DNA from: a virus
DNA length: 64,000 nt
Reading direction: 5' to 3' (one strand)
Virus record (IMG/VR): IMGVR_UViG_3300032249_001461
Location: 35,935 to 99,934 of that record
Shown here piece after piece: positions 46,038-55,038 of the stretch (positions are counted from its first letter, which is position 1; every line of letters starts with the position of its first letter). A program made the position numbers and the translations under genes. The notes below the pieces were generated by a model. That model made no database searches and had not been told where the DNA came from. It saw only the letters and a program-made list of their open reading frames with translations.

Positions 46038-46205
46038 ATGGAGGAGATGTTCTTCTTCATCTACCACATGCACCAGAGCAGGGAAAACTTCATGTCTTTG
46101 CCCATAAACGAAAGAAAATGGATAATAAGCAGGTTTATCCAGCAAAAGGAAAAGGAGAATGAGGCCATGGAGGCCGCCCGAAGGAAGGCCAAAGTGAAGA
46201 AGTAA
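46038..46205 (+). CDS. T4 gp51-like small protein (not in ORF track); reachable by -1 frameshift
   Basis: MEEMFFFIYHMHQSRENFMSLPINERKWIISRFIQQKEKENE. Confidence 0.75.
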   Translation: MEEMFFFIYHMHQSRENFMSLPINERKWIISRFIQQKEKENEAMEAARRKAKVKK

Positions 46206-46206
46206 T

Positions 46207-46956
46207 ATGGCAACAAAAGAGAGAAATCAGAATCCCGTTGTTGGAGACGAACTGAATCTTCGTCTGTTCACTTACAACTCCAATCACAGAAGTAATGTCG
46301 CAAATGTGGATAAGGTGGAAATCTATCAACTTGATTCCTCGTGTGCGACCCAGGAAAACCCCGAGGGAAGAAGGCTCGTCATGTCCGTTGACGGATCCGA
46401 TGTCGTGGTCGTGGATGACCCCTTCGGCGGGCAGTACTTGGTTTCGTTTGCCCTAGAGGACTTGAAGTTCACAATCGGCAGCTATTTGGACGTGTGGACT
46501 GTGAGCTTTGACTCCGCCCAGTCGGGGACTGTGACAAACGAGTTCCGAATCATATCCGATCTGTGGTACGCATCGGACATGCCCATAGTCTATGACTTTT
46601 CTTACGGCTTCCGGCCCAACAGGGTGAGGAAGGGCGAAAGAAGGTGGCTGAGCGTGGATGTCATTCCTAATGTTCCCAACGCCTCCGACCTACAGAGGTA
46701 TTATGTGAATCTTGCCTTGGCAAGTCCCGTCAAGATATTCATCGAGAAGCAGTGCGGCAACTGCGTTCCGAAAGAGCGGGACTTGCGAATGGTCGTAGAG
46801 GGAGCGGATGTGGAACACCGCCACGGATCGGAAGGACACTACTTCCTGGATACGGTTGCCCTCGAAATGGACTGCGGGATTTACGACGTGTGGTTTGAAC
46901 TGGAGTTCGGGGAAAACAAGTACATATCGGAACCGCTTCAGCTGCAGATTTTTTGA
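46207..46956 (+). CDS. putative virion/baseplate protein
   Basis: beta-rich 249-aa ORF in the same operon. Confidence 0.6.
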   Translation: MATKERNQNPVVGDELNLRLFTYNSNHRSNVANVDKVEIYQLDSSCATQENPEGRRLVMSVDGSDVVVVDDPFGGQYLVSFALEDLKFTIGSYLDVWTVSFDSAQSGTVTNEFRIISDLWYASDMPIVYDFSYGFRPNRVRKGERRWLSVDVIPNVPNASDLQRYYVNLALASPVKIFIEKQCGNCVPKERDLRMVVEGADVEHRHGSEGHYFLDTVALEMDCGIYDVWFELEFGENKYISEPLQLQIF

Positions 46957-46979
46957 GCCAAATCGTTCGGTGTGTGTCG

Positions 46980-47018
46980 GGGGAGTTCCAGTATGGATGC
47001 TGGAACTCCCCTTTTTTT
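46980..47018 (+). terminator. intrinsic terminator
   Basis: GGGGAGTTCCAGTA-TGGA-TGCTGGAACTCCCC TTTTTTT. Confidence 0.9.
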
Positions 47019-47061
47019 GTCGGCAAAATCGCGATTCCTCCCCGGTTCAGCAAACTGCAAG

Positions 47062-47089
47062 TTGACGTTCCAGATTTCGTGCGTATAAC
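47062..47089 (+). promoter_or_regulatory. sigma70-like (early) promoter
   Basis: TTGACG-N16-TATAAC just after the terminator. Confidence 0.6.
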
Positions 47090-47127
47090 ATGAGTAGGGA
47101 TTTTCGCAACCGCTGGAGACTCGGATC

Positions 47128-48138
47128 ATGCAGGCCGTAAAGGACGAACGAGCGTCAATTCTTGCCAAGTTGGAATCCATGGGATTCTCCTCGGAGAATG
47201 TCACTGGAACCAGGCACTTCATTCCAAGGCCCTCGGAAGTAGCGAGCGAAAAAAAGGCCATCCTTTCAAATGAACAGAGAGCCATCCAGAACCAGAGGTA
47301 CTACCTTTCGCAGTCAAAGAAGACTGGCCAGCCTTGGTTTCACCATCCCCGGGGCAACGAGCAATACAGCGAATTCGTCCTCGTCACTCCTGAAATGGCG
47401 AGCCAGCTCCTCGAATGGAACAAGAACCCGAGAAAGAAGATCATGCAGACCGTGGTTGACCGGTACTGCGCTGACATGGCGGCAGGGGAGTGGAACGACA
47501 ACAGTTCCGCGATTGCGATTGACTACAACGGGTGGATGCACAACGGTCAGCACCGCATAAGTGCCATCATCCAGCTCGGAAAGCCTCAGAGGCTCTGGTT
47601 CACCTTCCGTACGCTCGTCAGCGCCAGGGAAGACGAGGATACGGGCGCTCCCCGTAGGCCCGCCGTGCAGATTGAGCAGAAACTCAACAACCGCATCGGA
47701 AACAAGCTCCCAGCCATCTGTCGGGCCGCCATGCGGGGAGTTTCTGGAACCACGAAGCGGATTTCTTCCGCTCAACTCGCCGAGTTCGCGGAACTCTACG
47801 GTGCGGAAATAGAGTGGCTTGAGCGGGTTTGTCCGACTTACCGAAGCGACATCCTCGGAGCCTTCCTCAAGGCCGTTCTTTGGTACGGCACGGACAAGAT
47901 GGAGCCGTTCCTCAAGCGGTTCGGAGACGTTCTGTTTGAAAGCAAGGAAGACCCCGCAAGGCTCCTCCACGCAACCGCCAAGGGCATCCGTGGCTCCAGG
48001 ACGCGCATGAGCCTCTACAAGAAGGCTCTCGCCGCCATCCACTACCACGTGAGCGGAAAAAGGGTTTCCAAACTCGTGGAAAGGGACTCCGACATCTTTG
48101 AGTGGGAATCGGGATGGAAGGTTCCCTCCCGGTCCTGA
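47128..48138 (+). CDS. ParB/Srx-like domain protein
   Basis: VTPEMASQLL..N.R..VDRYCADMAAGEW..HNGQHRISAI. Confidence 0.7.
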   Translation: MQAVKDERASILAKLESMGFSSENVTGTRHFIPRPSEVASEKKAILSNEQRAIQNQRYYLSQSKKTGQPWFHHPRGNEQYSEFVLVTPEMASQLLEWNKNPRKKIMQTVVDRYCADMAAGEWNDNSSAIAIDYNGWMHNGQHRISAIIQLGKPQRLWFTFRTLVSAREDEDTGAPRRPAVQIEQKLNNRIGNKLPAICRAAMRGVSGTTKRISSAQLAEFAELYGAEIEWLERVCPTYRSDILGAFLKAVLWYGTDKMEPFLKRFGDVLFESKEDPARLLHATAKGIRGSRTRMSLYKKALAAIHYHVSGKRVSKLVERDSDIFEWESGWKVPSRS

Positions 48139-48162
48139 TCATCCGTTCCAAAGGAGCCAGAA

Positions 48163-49572
48163 ATGGTGACCGCAGACGTCTTCCAAATGCTGTTTGAAAG
48201 TTCCATCAAGAGGTCGGAGAAAAAGGTCGCCGGGCCTACGGTGAGCCTTTTGAAGAAGATTCTTGCGAACGCGGGAATGGACGAGGGCGAATGGTCTCTG
48301 CGGGATTCCAGGCGGATCAAGAAAAAGGGCAGGGAAAGGTTCCATGCAATACGCATAGAGGAACGAAGCGGACGCAAGAGCATCAGGGTTTGGTGCAAGC
48401 CGGCGGGCAACGACTCTTGTTTTGAATACACGCTGCTCCCCCCGGCAGAAGTCGACACGCAGGCTCTCTTCGGACTTTTGCGCAGAGTAAACCCGGTAAA
48501 TCTCCGGATTCCCGAATCAAATGATCTTCCGCGGGCCTTCATCAACCATGTGATTGACGCAGCTCCGAAAATTATTCCGCTGGCCCCCGCGTTAGGGGCG
48601 GAAAAAGAGGAAGAGGCCGAAGAGCGAGATGATCTCGGGTCCGAGGCCGAGGCCGAGATAAGGGAGGCCGTTCAAGACCTCGACCAGCTAGAGAAAGGCG
48701 CTGAAATGGGTCAGATTGCAGAAGCCTTGTCTCCTCCAAAAGAATCCGTGCGGAGCAAATTGCCATTGCACATTGACGAGCCGGTTTTGATGTCCGATCA
48801 AGAAGTGATGGACAAGGCTCTTGTTGCAATTGGGATTGTGGCTCCCAACGGATACGCCAAAAAGAAGGAGGCTTCTGATTCTATAATCAAACGCCTCGGC
48901 ATCAAGGAATTCATCAGAGACGTGAGTGGGGGCACATACACGTCTGTAGAAGGTGCGATGAGGGCTCTGACCATGGCTCTGCGCGGGGCGGGCTACATAG
49001 AACGGGTTCATTACACCTCGGAGGACGGGAGCATAAGCAATGGCATCAAGGGCTATAAACTAACGACCAAGGGACTGAAAAGGATTCAGAGTCTTTCCGG
49101 CGAAATGAAGCCTTTTGAGTCGGTCGCCATAGAAAAGCAGGCTGAAACGGCAGTTGCGGATGATCCCCGAGAGAGCCTCGGCTCTGAATCTGCGGAGCCT
49201 TTTGATCGGCAAGAGGCCGGCCTGAATTCCGAGGATCTTCCCCGACTGAAAAGCCTCATATCGCAACACGAAGATGCTGATCTTCAGCTGAAGGAGATTG
49301 AAGGCATACTCGGGAACCTGGACTCGGAGATCGCCGACATAGGGCTTGATGTGACAGGCCTGGAATTGGCCGAAAGAGAAAAGATGAAGCAGATGGAAAT
49401 TCTGCGGGGCGAAATTCAAAGGATAATGGACAAGAAGGCCTCTGCGGCCGAAAAGCTGGAGAGAAAGAGGAGGGAAAGAAGGGAGTGGGAGGAAATGAAG
49501 TCGCCCCACATCTCAGAAAAGGCGAGGGTAGAGACGGAGATATGTGCCATCACAGGGAGAAACAAGACATGA
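48163..49572 (+). CDS. hypothetical protein with wHTH-like segment and coiled coil
   Basis: LRGAGYIER..YKLTTKG; heptad-rich C-terminus. Confidence 0.65.
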   Translation: MVTADVFQMLFESSIKRSEKKVAGPTVSLLKKILANAGMDEGEWSLRDSRRIKKKGRERFHAIRIEERSGRKSIRVWCKPAGNDSCFEYTLLPPAEVDTQALFGLLRRVNPVNLRIPESNDLPRAFINHVIDAAPKIIPLAPALGAEKEEEAEERDDLGSEAEAEIREAVQDLDQLEKGAEMGQIAEALSPPKESVRSKLPLHIDEPVLMSDQEVMDKALVAIGIVAPNGYAKKKEASDSIIKRLGIKEFIRDVSGGTYTSVEGAMRALTMALRGAGYIERVHYTSEDGSISNGIKGYKLTTKGLKRIQSLSGEMKPFESVAIEKQAETAVADDPRESLGSESAEPFDRQEAGLNSEDLPRLKSLISQHEDADLQLKEIEGILGNLDSEIADIGLDVTGLELAEREKMKQMEILRGEIQRIMDKKASAAEKLERKRRERREWEEMKSPHISEKARVETEICAITGRNKT

Positions 49573-49805
49573 TAATAGTTCCCGCCTGGATAGGCGAAGA
49601 CAAACCCGAAGGAATCAGGGCGGTTCTCGGAAGCGAGCCGAAGGAGGATGCGAAGGAGGAGTGGATTCCCAGGGAAAACATAAAAAACTGTCTTTACGCA
49701 CCCGTACCTCCGGAATTCGGATTCAAGGGGCGAAAGATGGCAATGCTGGTGTTCGAGGAGGGCAAAGCTCCCGAATCGGTTCGGGACATCATGGGCGGAA
49801 AATGA
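49569..49805 (+). CDS. hypothetical protein
   Basis: ATGA-coupled ORF. Confidence 0.5.
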   Translation: MIIVPAWIGEDKPEGIRAVLGSEPKEDAKEEWIPRENIKNCLYAPVPPEFGFKGRKMAMLVFEEGKAPESVRDIMGGK

Positions 49806-50176
49806 ACTACTCCCAACACATAGAAAGTCTCGCTTCTCTCCACGCCGTCTCCATTGAGTTCAAGGAGGGATACAAGGGGCGTTCTTGGAGGAAGCGGAGG
49901 CACATCAAGATATCTCCCGTGAGGGCGGCCGTGACTTACGCGATTGCCCTCCACGAATTGGGTCATGTGGTGGGAACCCAGTCGGGAAGGCGGATAGACA
50001 AAGAGGTTCAGGCGTGGGAGTGGGCGGAATCAAACGCCCTGGAGTGGACGGAGCCGATGATCGTCAAGGCCGCGAGATGCGTGGCTTGGTACTTGAAAAT
50101 GTGCGAAAGGCACCGTAGCATGGAATTGCCCCCAGAGGATCATCCCGCGTGGCGGATTGCCCAGTGGGCGGAATGA
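49802..50176 (+). CDS. small HEXXH metallopeptidase-like protein
   Basis: IALHELGH...EVQAWEWA. Confidence 0.7.
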   Translation: MNYSQHIESLASLHAVSIEFKEGYKGRSWRKRRHIKISPVRAAVTYAIALHELGHVVGTQSGRRIDKEVQAWEWAESNALEWTEPMIVKAARCVAWYLKMCERHRSMELPPEDHPAWRIAQWAE

Positions 50177-50185
50177 GGCAAATCA

Positions 50186-50614
50186 ATGATATCTGAAAAG
50201 AAGAAGGAATATTGGGTCGCAAGGCACCTCACGGGAGACGCCGAAGACAACGAAATCGAGAAGTTTCTCGAAGTCCATGGCGATCTCGTGGAGCGGGTCG
50301 TGGAACTCATGCCGAGGGGAATGAGTTCAATCGGAGCCGCCGTTGCGAAATGTGCCATAAAGTACGACCGCGAAAGAGCGATATCCTTCCTGCGGAATTC
50401 CAAGGACGGGATATTCGAGGGAAAGGACGATCCGGTATACCACTTCTACATGTGGCTCCACGGACTCAAGGGGCCAAAGAGAAAACGCCAGGACATCTCG
50501 ACCCACGAGGTCGCCCTCTACGCCTGCAAGCAGTACTGCCTCGGAAAAAAGGTGAAGAGGCTTGACCGAATAAAGGATGTATTCAAGTGGGCGGAAGGAT
50601 GGACGGTCAGCTGA
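50186..50614 (+). CDS. paralog of the C-terminal domain of 47128..48138
   Basis: FEGKDDP vs FESKEDP; GKKVKRL..DVFKWAEGWTV vs GKRVSKL..DIFEWESGWKV. Confidence 0.65.
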   Translation: MISEKKKEYWVARHLTGDAEDNEIEKFLEVHGDLVERVVELMPRGMSSIGAAVAKCAIKYDRERAISFLRNSKDGIFEGKDDPVYHFYMWLHGLKGPKRKRQDISTHEVALYACKQYCLGKKVKRLDRIKDVFKWAEGWTVS

Positions 50615-51155
50615 AGAAGAAACTGTCGTCAAGGCTCATGAGGTCTTCGTAACTCACCGCCGTCCATTCGCGGTACTTCATCAAGTATTCAAATTTTACT
50701 TCCCCAATGTCTTCGGATTTGAGGAAGGCAATTCTGGGCTTTCTGTCCTTCTTCCAGAAGAGCAATGGTTTTCTCTTGCACCTCTCGGAGTCCGACGACA
50801 CCTGCTTCAGGAACTCGTCTATTTCGTTATGTCCTCCCTGAAAGGCCGAGCAAAGGTCTATGTCGTTGTAGCCTCCCTTGCTTTCCAGAACAAATCTGAA
50901 TCTCTCGGGGCATACGATGTCACCTGAATAAATATTTGTAGCGACTCTTGAAAGTTGCACATTTTGACCCCACCGGTTTCCCGATCCCAATGATCTGCTG
51001 AAGGTTCCGCCGTCAGGATTTGAAGAAAGAACTTTTGAGAAGCGGGAGTTGAGGCTCTTAACTAGTTCGAGTTCAACTCTCTTGCCCTTCTTGCCAGATT
51101 TTATCTTTTTGGGCTTCTTCTGAAATATGTCGTCTACGTCAATATCATCTTCCAT
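50607..51155 (-). CDS. PD-(D/E)xK Holliday junction resolvase-like nuclease
   Basis: KKGKRVELEL, RSLGSG, GDIVCP, LESKGG, PLLFWKKDR. Confidence 0.75.
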   Translation of the reverse strand: MEDDIDVDDIFQKKPKKIKSGKKGKRVELELVKSLNSRFSKVLSSNPDGGTFSRSLGSGNRWGQNVQLSRVATNIYSGDIVCPERFRFVLESKGGYNDIDLCSAFQGGHNEIDEFLKQVSSDSERCKRKPLLFWKKDRKPRIAFLKSEDIGEVKFEYLMKYREWTAVSYEDLMSLDDSFFFS

Positions 51156-51170
51156 ACCATATATACGAGA

Positions 51171-51368
51171 ATGCGCAAGTTAATAGTTATAACCCTAGCT
51201 CTCATGGCATTCGGAGTATATGACTCCAGGAGACCTCACAAGGTGGCTGCAAAGGCGGATTCCGGGGATGTATCGGAAAAGTGCAAGGAAATGCGGGCAG
51301 AGATGGACGAGATAAAGGCCGAATTGAACCGTCTGGAGAAGGCAGCGGTCAGTCCCCAAGCCGATTGA
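51171..51368 (+). CDS. small secreted/membrane protein
   Basis: MRKLIVITLALMAFG plus coiled coil. Confidence 0.5.
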   Translation: MRKLIVITLALMAFGVYDSRRPHKVAAKADSGDVSEKCKEMRAEMDEIKAELNRLEKAAVSPQAD

Positions 51369-51696
51369 CGGGCTTTCCCTCGTCGCCGGAAATCTCTTCT
51401 ATGTTCTCCTGACAGGCTTTCAGAACCGCCCTGAGGTCGTCCTTTTCCTCTATGGCCTTCATTATGGCGACCCCGCACTTCTGAAGAACCGAGAGCTTGT
51501 CCTCCTCGCTCTGGGGCCAGTGCGTGTGGATTATCCTGCGAATCTGGTTCACTATGGTTTCTGCATTGGATACCATTTGCCTGACGCCCATGTTCTCCGC
51601 GCTGTCGTTCAGGTCCTGGACGGCGCTCAGGATGTCGGCGACCCTCTGGGAGAAATAGCCCTTGTCCTCGCTTATTAGAAAGTCCTTGAATTCCAT
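51349..51696 (-). CDS. hypothetical protein, putative internal head protein
   Basis: MEFKDFLISE; TAGATA 5 nt upstream. Confidence 0.65.
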   Translation of the reverse strand: MEFKDFLISEDKGYFSQRVADILSAVQDLNDSAENMGVRQMVSNAETIVNQIRRIIHTHWPQSEEDKLSVLQKCGVAIMKAIEEKDDLRAVLKACQENIEEISGDEGKPVNRLGD

Positions 51697-51713
51697 GGGA
51701 TTATCTACGCTCC

Positions 51714-52064
51714 TCAACAGACATTCCAGGAAGCCTTTGGCCTCGCCTTGGGCTTTTTGCCCTCTCTGACCCCCCTGCAGGCCTCCGTGACCGCCTGGAT
51801 GCATTTCTTGGCCTGTGAGAGCGATTCGGAGGCTCCCATCTCGTGTAGTTCCTTGGCGGTGTGCAGGTTCTTGTGGCTGTAGGGGAGCTCCAGGTTTTCG
51901 GATATCGTTCCGTCCTTGCCATACTTCTGATCTTCGGTCTTGGGCACGAAGTAGCATGTGAAGCACATGGCGGGGTATGTTTTTTCGTCCACGAACGGGT
52001 GGTTTTTGTGGGCGTTAGTATATATGTCCATTTTCTGTCCGCATATGGGGCAATTTTTGGTCAT
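51714..52064 (-). CDS. Zn-binding hypothetical protein
   Basis: CPICG, CFTC. Confidence 0.6.
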   Translation of the reverse strand: MTKNCPICGQKMDIYTNAHKNHPFVDEKTYPAMCFTCYFVPKTEDQKYGKDGTISENLELPYSHKNLHTAKELHEMGASESLSQAKKCIQAVTEACRGVREGKKPKARPKASWNVC

Positions 52065-52447
52065 GTTGCCTTCTTTTCAATTTTTCTGGAGGAGAACCAG
52101 TTCGGGCCGTAGTTCACGGTCAGTTGTTCGCCTTCTTCTATCTCCCTCAATGTCTGTATCGCAAGAAGTCCGTCGTGGAGGTTGACGGAGAATTCGCAGT
52201 TGTTGTGGTCGCTGTGGTTGTAGAACATTGTCCATCCGAACGGAACGGCAAGGCCATTTCCCCATGCTATGACATACTTGAAGACCTCCTTATCAAATGA
52301 TATGGAGTTGTTTTCGCAGACGACTACGGGCGCAAATTCTACGAATATCCCGCCTTCTATATTGGAAGTTGCAACGACGCCCATGCCGATGTCATCAAAA
52401 GACTTGATTGAAAGTCTTTTGTCGATAAAGGGAAGATGATCTTTCAT
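52061..52447 (-). CDS. SET-domain protein-lysine methyltransferase
   Basis: GMGVVATSNI, FYNHSDHNN, REIEEGEQLTVNYG. Confidence 0.88.
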   Translation of the reverse strand: MKDHLPFIDKRLSIKSFDDIGMGVVATSNIEGGIFVEFAPVVVCENNSISFDKEVFKYVIAWGNGLAVPFGWTMFYNHSDHNNCEFSVNLHDGLLAIQTLREIEEGEQLTVNYGPNWFSSRKIEKKAT

Positions 52448-52914
52448 TTGCCCGTGGAGCCGAATCCGCCTTGGCCCCGGTCGGAACTGCCTAGGCTTTC
52501 ATATTCCAGGAAAGGGAAGTTGAAGTGGCTCTCTATTATGAGCTGGGCTATTCTGTCGCCTTTTTCCACATGGAACGTGTTGGACTTGTCGGTATTGAGC
52601 AGGACGACCTTTATCTCCCCCCTGTAGGAGCTGTCGACCACCCCGGCCAGAACATCTACGCCGTGCTTGGCCGCCAGTCCCGAGCGTGGCGCGACTCTGC
52701 CGTAGAATCCCTCGGGTATCTCAATTGCTATTCCGGTGCAGAGGGCCTTCCTCTCTCCGGGGTGTATCATGACCGCCTCCGTGGAGAACAGATCGGCTCC
52801 TGCGTCCGTGGGATTGGATCTCGCCGGAATTCTGGCGTCCTTCTCTAGCCGTACGACCTTGAGGTTCGGAAAGTCGGCCTCGGTACGATAAAACCACTTG
52901 GATATGGAATTCAC
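52444..52914 (-). CDS. dut: dUTPase (trimeric)
   Basis: AGADL, APRSGLA, AGVVDSSYRGE, GDRIAQ, RGQGGFGSTG. Confidence 0.95.
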   Translation of the reverse strand: MNSISKWFYRTEADFPNLKVVRLEKDARIPARSNPTDAGADLFSTEAVMIHPGERKALCTGIAIEIPEGFYGRVAPRSGLAAKHGVDVLAGVVDSSYRGEIKVVLLNTDKSNTFHVEKGDRIAQLIIESHFNFPFLEYESLGSSDRGQGGFGSTGK

Positions 52915-52915
52915 T

Positions 52916-55000
52916 CTATGACTCACACGAAGCGCAGGTGAGAATTGATCTGGCAAGTTCTTGGGCGGGGTTGGCCGAGCGCTGGTAATAGAATGTCTTC
53001 ACTCCCATCTCCCATCCTTCAATGAGAAGGCTGTTGACGTCCTTCGGCGAAGCGGAGGGCGGAATCATCAAATTAAGGGACTGCGACTGGTCTATGTACT
53101 TCTGTCTCTGCGATGCCTGGATGACGATCTCCTTCTGGCTGATTTCGCCGAAGGTCTTGAAGACGTCCTTCTCCTCCTTTGTGAGAAAATCAAGGTGCTG
53201 TACCGATCCTCCCTTTATGAGAATGCTCTTCCATGTCTCGTCGTCGTTCCTCTCGTGCTTCTTGAGAATCTCCTTGAGGTAGGGATTCTTGTAGGTGAAC
53301 TTTCCCTTTGCGAGGTTCTTGACGAAGTAGTTGCTGTTGAGCGGTTCAATGCTGGGGCTGACCTGTCCGAGTATGAAGCTGCTCGATGTCGTCGGCGCAA
53401 CGGCAAGCGTCGTGACGTTTCTTCTTCCATATCCCTTGAGCAGTTCGGGTTCGCCGTATTCCTTTGCCATCTTCTCTGTAGCTGTATCGGCTCTCTCCTT
53501 GATGACTTTCCAGATTTCGGTGTTGAGAAGCTTCGCCTGCATGCTCTCAAAGGCGATCATCTTGCTCTGGAGATAGGAGTGCCAGCCCAGAACCCCGAGT
53601 CCGAGGGCTCGTTGCTTCATCGCAAAGTTCCGGGCGGCCTCCATGTATTTCACGCCCTCGGTCTTTCTGATGAATTCCTCGCACACTGCGTCCAGGAAGC
53701 AGACCATGGTCTCGACCGCGTCTGTCTCCTTGATCTCGTCCCAGTGAAGGAGGTTGAGGCTGGAGAGGACGCACACGAAGGAGTTTTCTTCGTCCGAGAA
53801 GAGCTGTATTTCCGAGCAGTTGCCCGTCAGTATCCCGTTGAACACGGCTTTGTGTTCAAGAGGCTCATTGACGCAGTAGGTGTCACTTGTTCCTCCGTCC
53901 TCAACATCTAGGACTTCCACCCTGAACATCCTTCCCCTCTCGTTGTGGAAAGAGAGAAGTGTATCTCCAGACTTGAGTTCTTTGGCTCTGACCTCGTTGC
54001 CGTTTTTGAGGTAGAACTTGTGGTATTCCGTTGTGGAGATACTGCCCCATGTGGTTGTTTCAGTGTCGTTGTCGTCAAATTCTCTCTTTATGAAATTTAA
54101 CTTGATGAGTTTCTGGTTCTCGCCCGTCTTTACGATATTTGTCTTGGACCACTGCCTGCCGTTCCAGACCTCCACCTCGCGGCCTTCATGGTCGCCGATC
54201 CTGATCTCGCCTTCTCTTGTGAGAAGCATTGTGTCGGGCGAGACACAGAGGTTTGACGCCTTAATCTTGAGCTTTTTGTCCTTGTAGACCTTGGGGGCGT
54301 TCTTGTTTGCCGTATCTACGAACATGATGTACGGATAGCCGGTTTCAAACCTCTTCTGTATGACCTTGGCCCAGACCTTTCTTTTCTCCTTGTCTCCCTC
54401 CACAAGATCTTTCATGAACTTGTCGGTGACCGTCACGCCGATGCTCATGTTCTGGATGCTGTGGCCTTCGCTCCTGATCTGAAGGAACTCCTCTATGTCC
54501 GCATGCTCTATCGGCATGTATGCGGCGAAGGATCCTCTCCTGGCACTGCCCTGGCTGATCACCTCGGCGACCTTGTCGAATATCTCCATGAAATGGACGG
54601 CGCCGCTGCTCTCCCCTCCGACGCTGATCTTTGTTCCGCGGGGGCGGAGGTCTCCGAAGAAGCCGCTCGTGCCTCCGCCCATCTTGCTCATGATGCCGAC
54701 TTCGGCGGCCTTCGTGAGGATGGCCTCCATGTTGTCGGAGATGAAAGACCCAAAGCAAGAAACTGGAAGTCCGCGCTTGTTGCCGAAGTTAGTCCATACG
54801 GGGGTGGCAAGCGAGTAAAACCCCCTTCTCATGTATTCTTCAAACTTGTCCGCAAAACCCTTCGCCTTGAGTATCTTCTCTGCGTTCTCGGCTATCTGTC
54901 TGACTCTCTGCTCTGGTGTCGTGTCCGGCTCTAGGTATCCTCTTTCAAGGAAGAGGCGGCTGTGGGAGTTCAGCCAGTAGTATTCTTTTTCAATCTTCAT
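52916..55000 (-). CDS. nrdA: ribonucleotide reductase class I alpha subunit, intein-containing
   Basis: PVSCF, GGGTS, SNL/CSEI, VCVLSSLN, APTTSSS, KTFYYQRS, CASCES. Confidence 0.95.
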   Translation of the reverse strand: MKIEKEYYWLNSHSRLFLERGYLEPDTTPEQRVRQIAENAEKILKAKGFADKFEEYMRRGFYSLATPVWTNFGNKRGLPVSCFGSFISDNMEAILTKAAEVGIMSKMGGGTSGFFGDLRPRGTKISVGGESSGAVHFMEIFDKVAEVISQGSARRGSFAAYMPIEHADIEEFLQIRSEGHSIQNMSIGVTVTDKFMKDLVEGDKEKRKVWAKVIQKRFETGYPYIMFVDTANKNAPKVYKDKKLKIKASNLCVSPDTMLLTREGEIRIGDHEGREVEVWNGRQWSKTNIVKTGENQKLIKLNFIKREFDDNDTETTTWGSISTTEYHKFYLKNGNEVRAKELKSGDTLLSFHNERGRMFRVEVLDVEDGGTSDTYCVNEPLEHKAVFNGILTGNCSEIQLFSDEENSFVCVLSSLNLLHWDEIKETDAVETMVCFLDAVCEEFIRKTEGVKYMEAARNFAMKQRALGLGVLGWHSYLQSKMIAFESMQAKLLNTEIWKVIKERADTATEKMAKEYGEPELLKGYGRRNVTTLAVAPTTSSSFILGQVSPSIEPLNSNYFVKNLAKGKFTYKNPYLKEILKKHERNDDETWKSILIKGGSVQHLDFLTKEEKDVFKTFGEISQKEIVIQASQRQKYIDQSQSLNLMIPPSASPKDVNSLLIEGWEMGVKTFYYQRSANPAQELARSILTCASCES
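53819..54247 (-). mobile_element. 143-aa mini-intein in NrdA
   Basis: starts CVSPDT, block B TTEYHKF, ends NGILTGN followed by Cys; no endonuclease domain. Confidence 0.92.
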
Positions 55001-55038
55001 TTTTTTCTTTCTGGGATTGGTTTTTTACTAGAGTTAGA

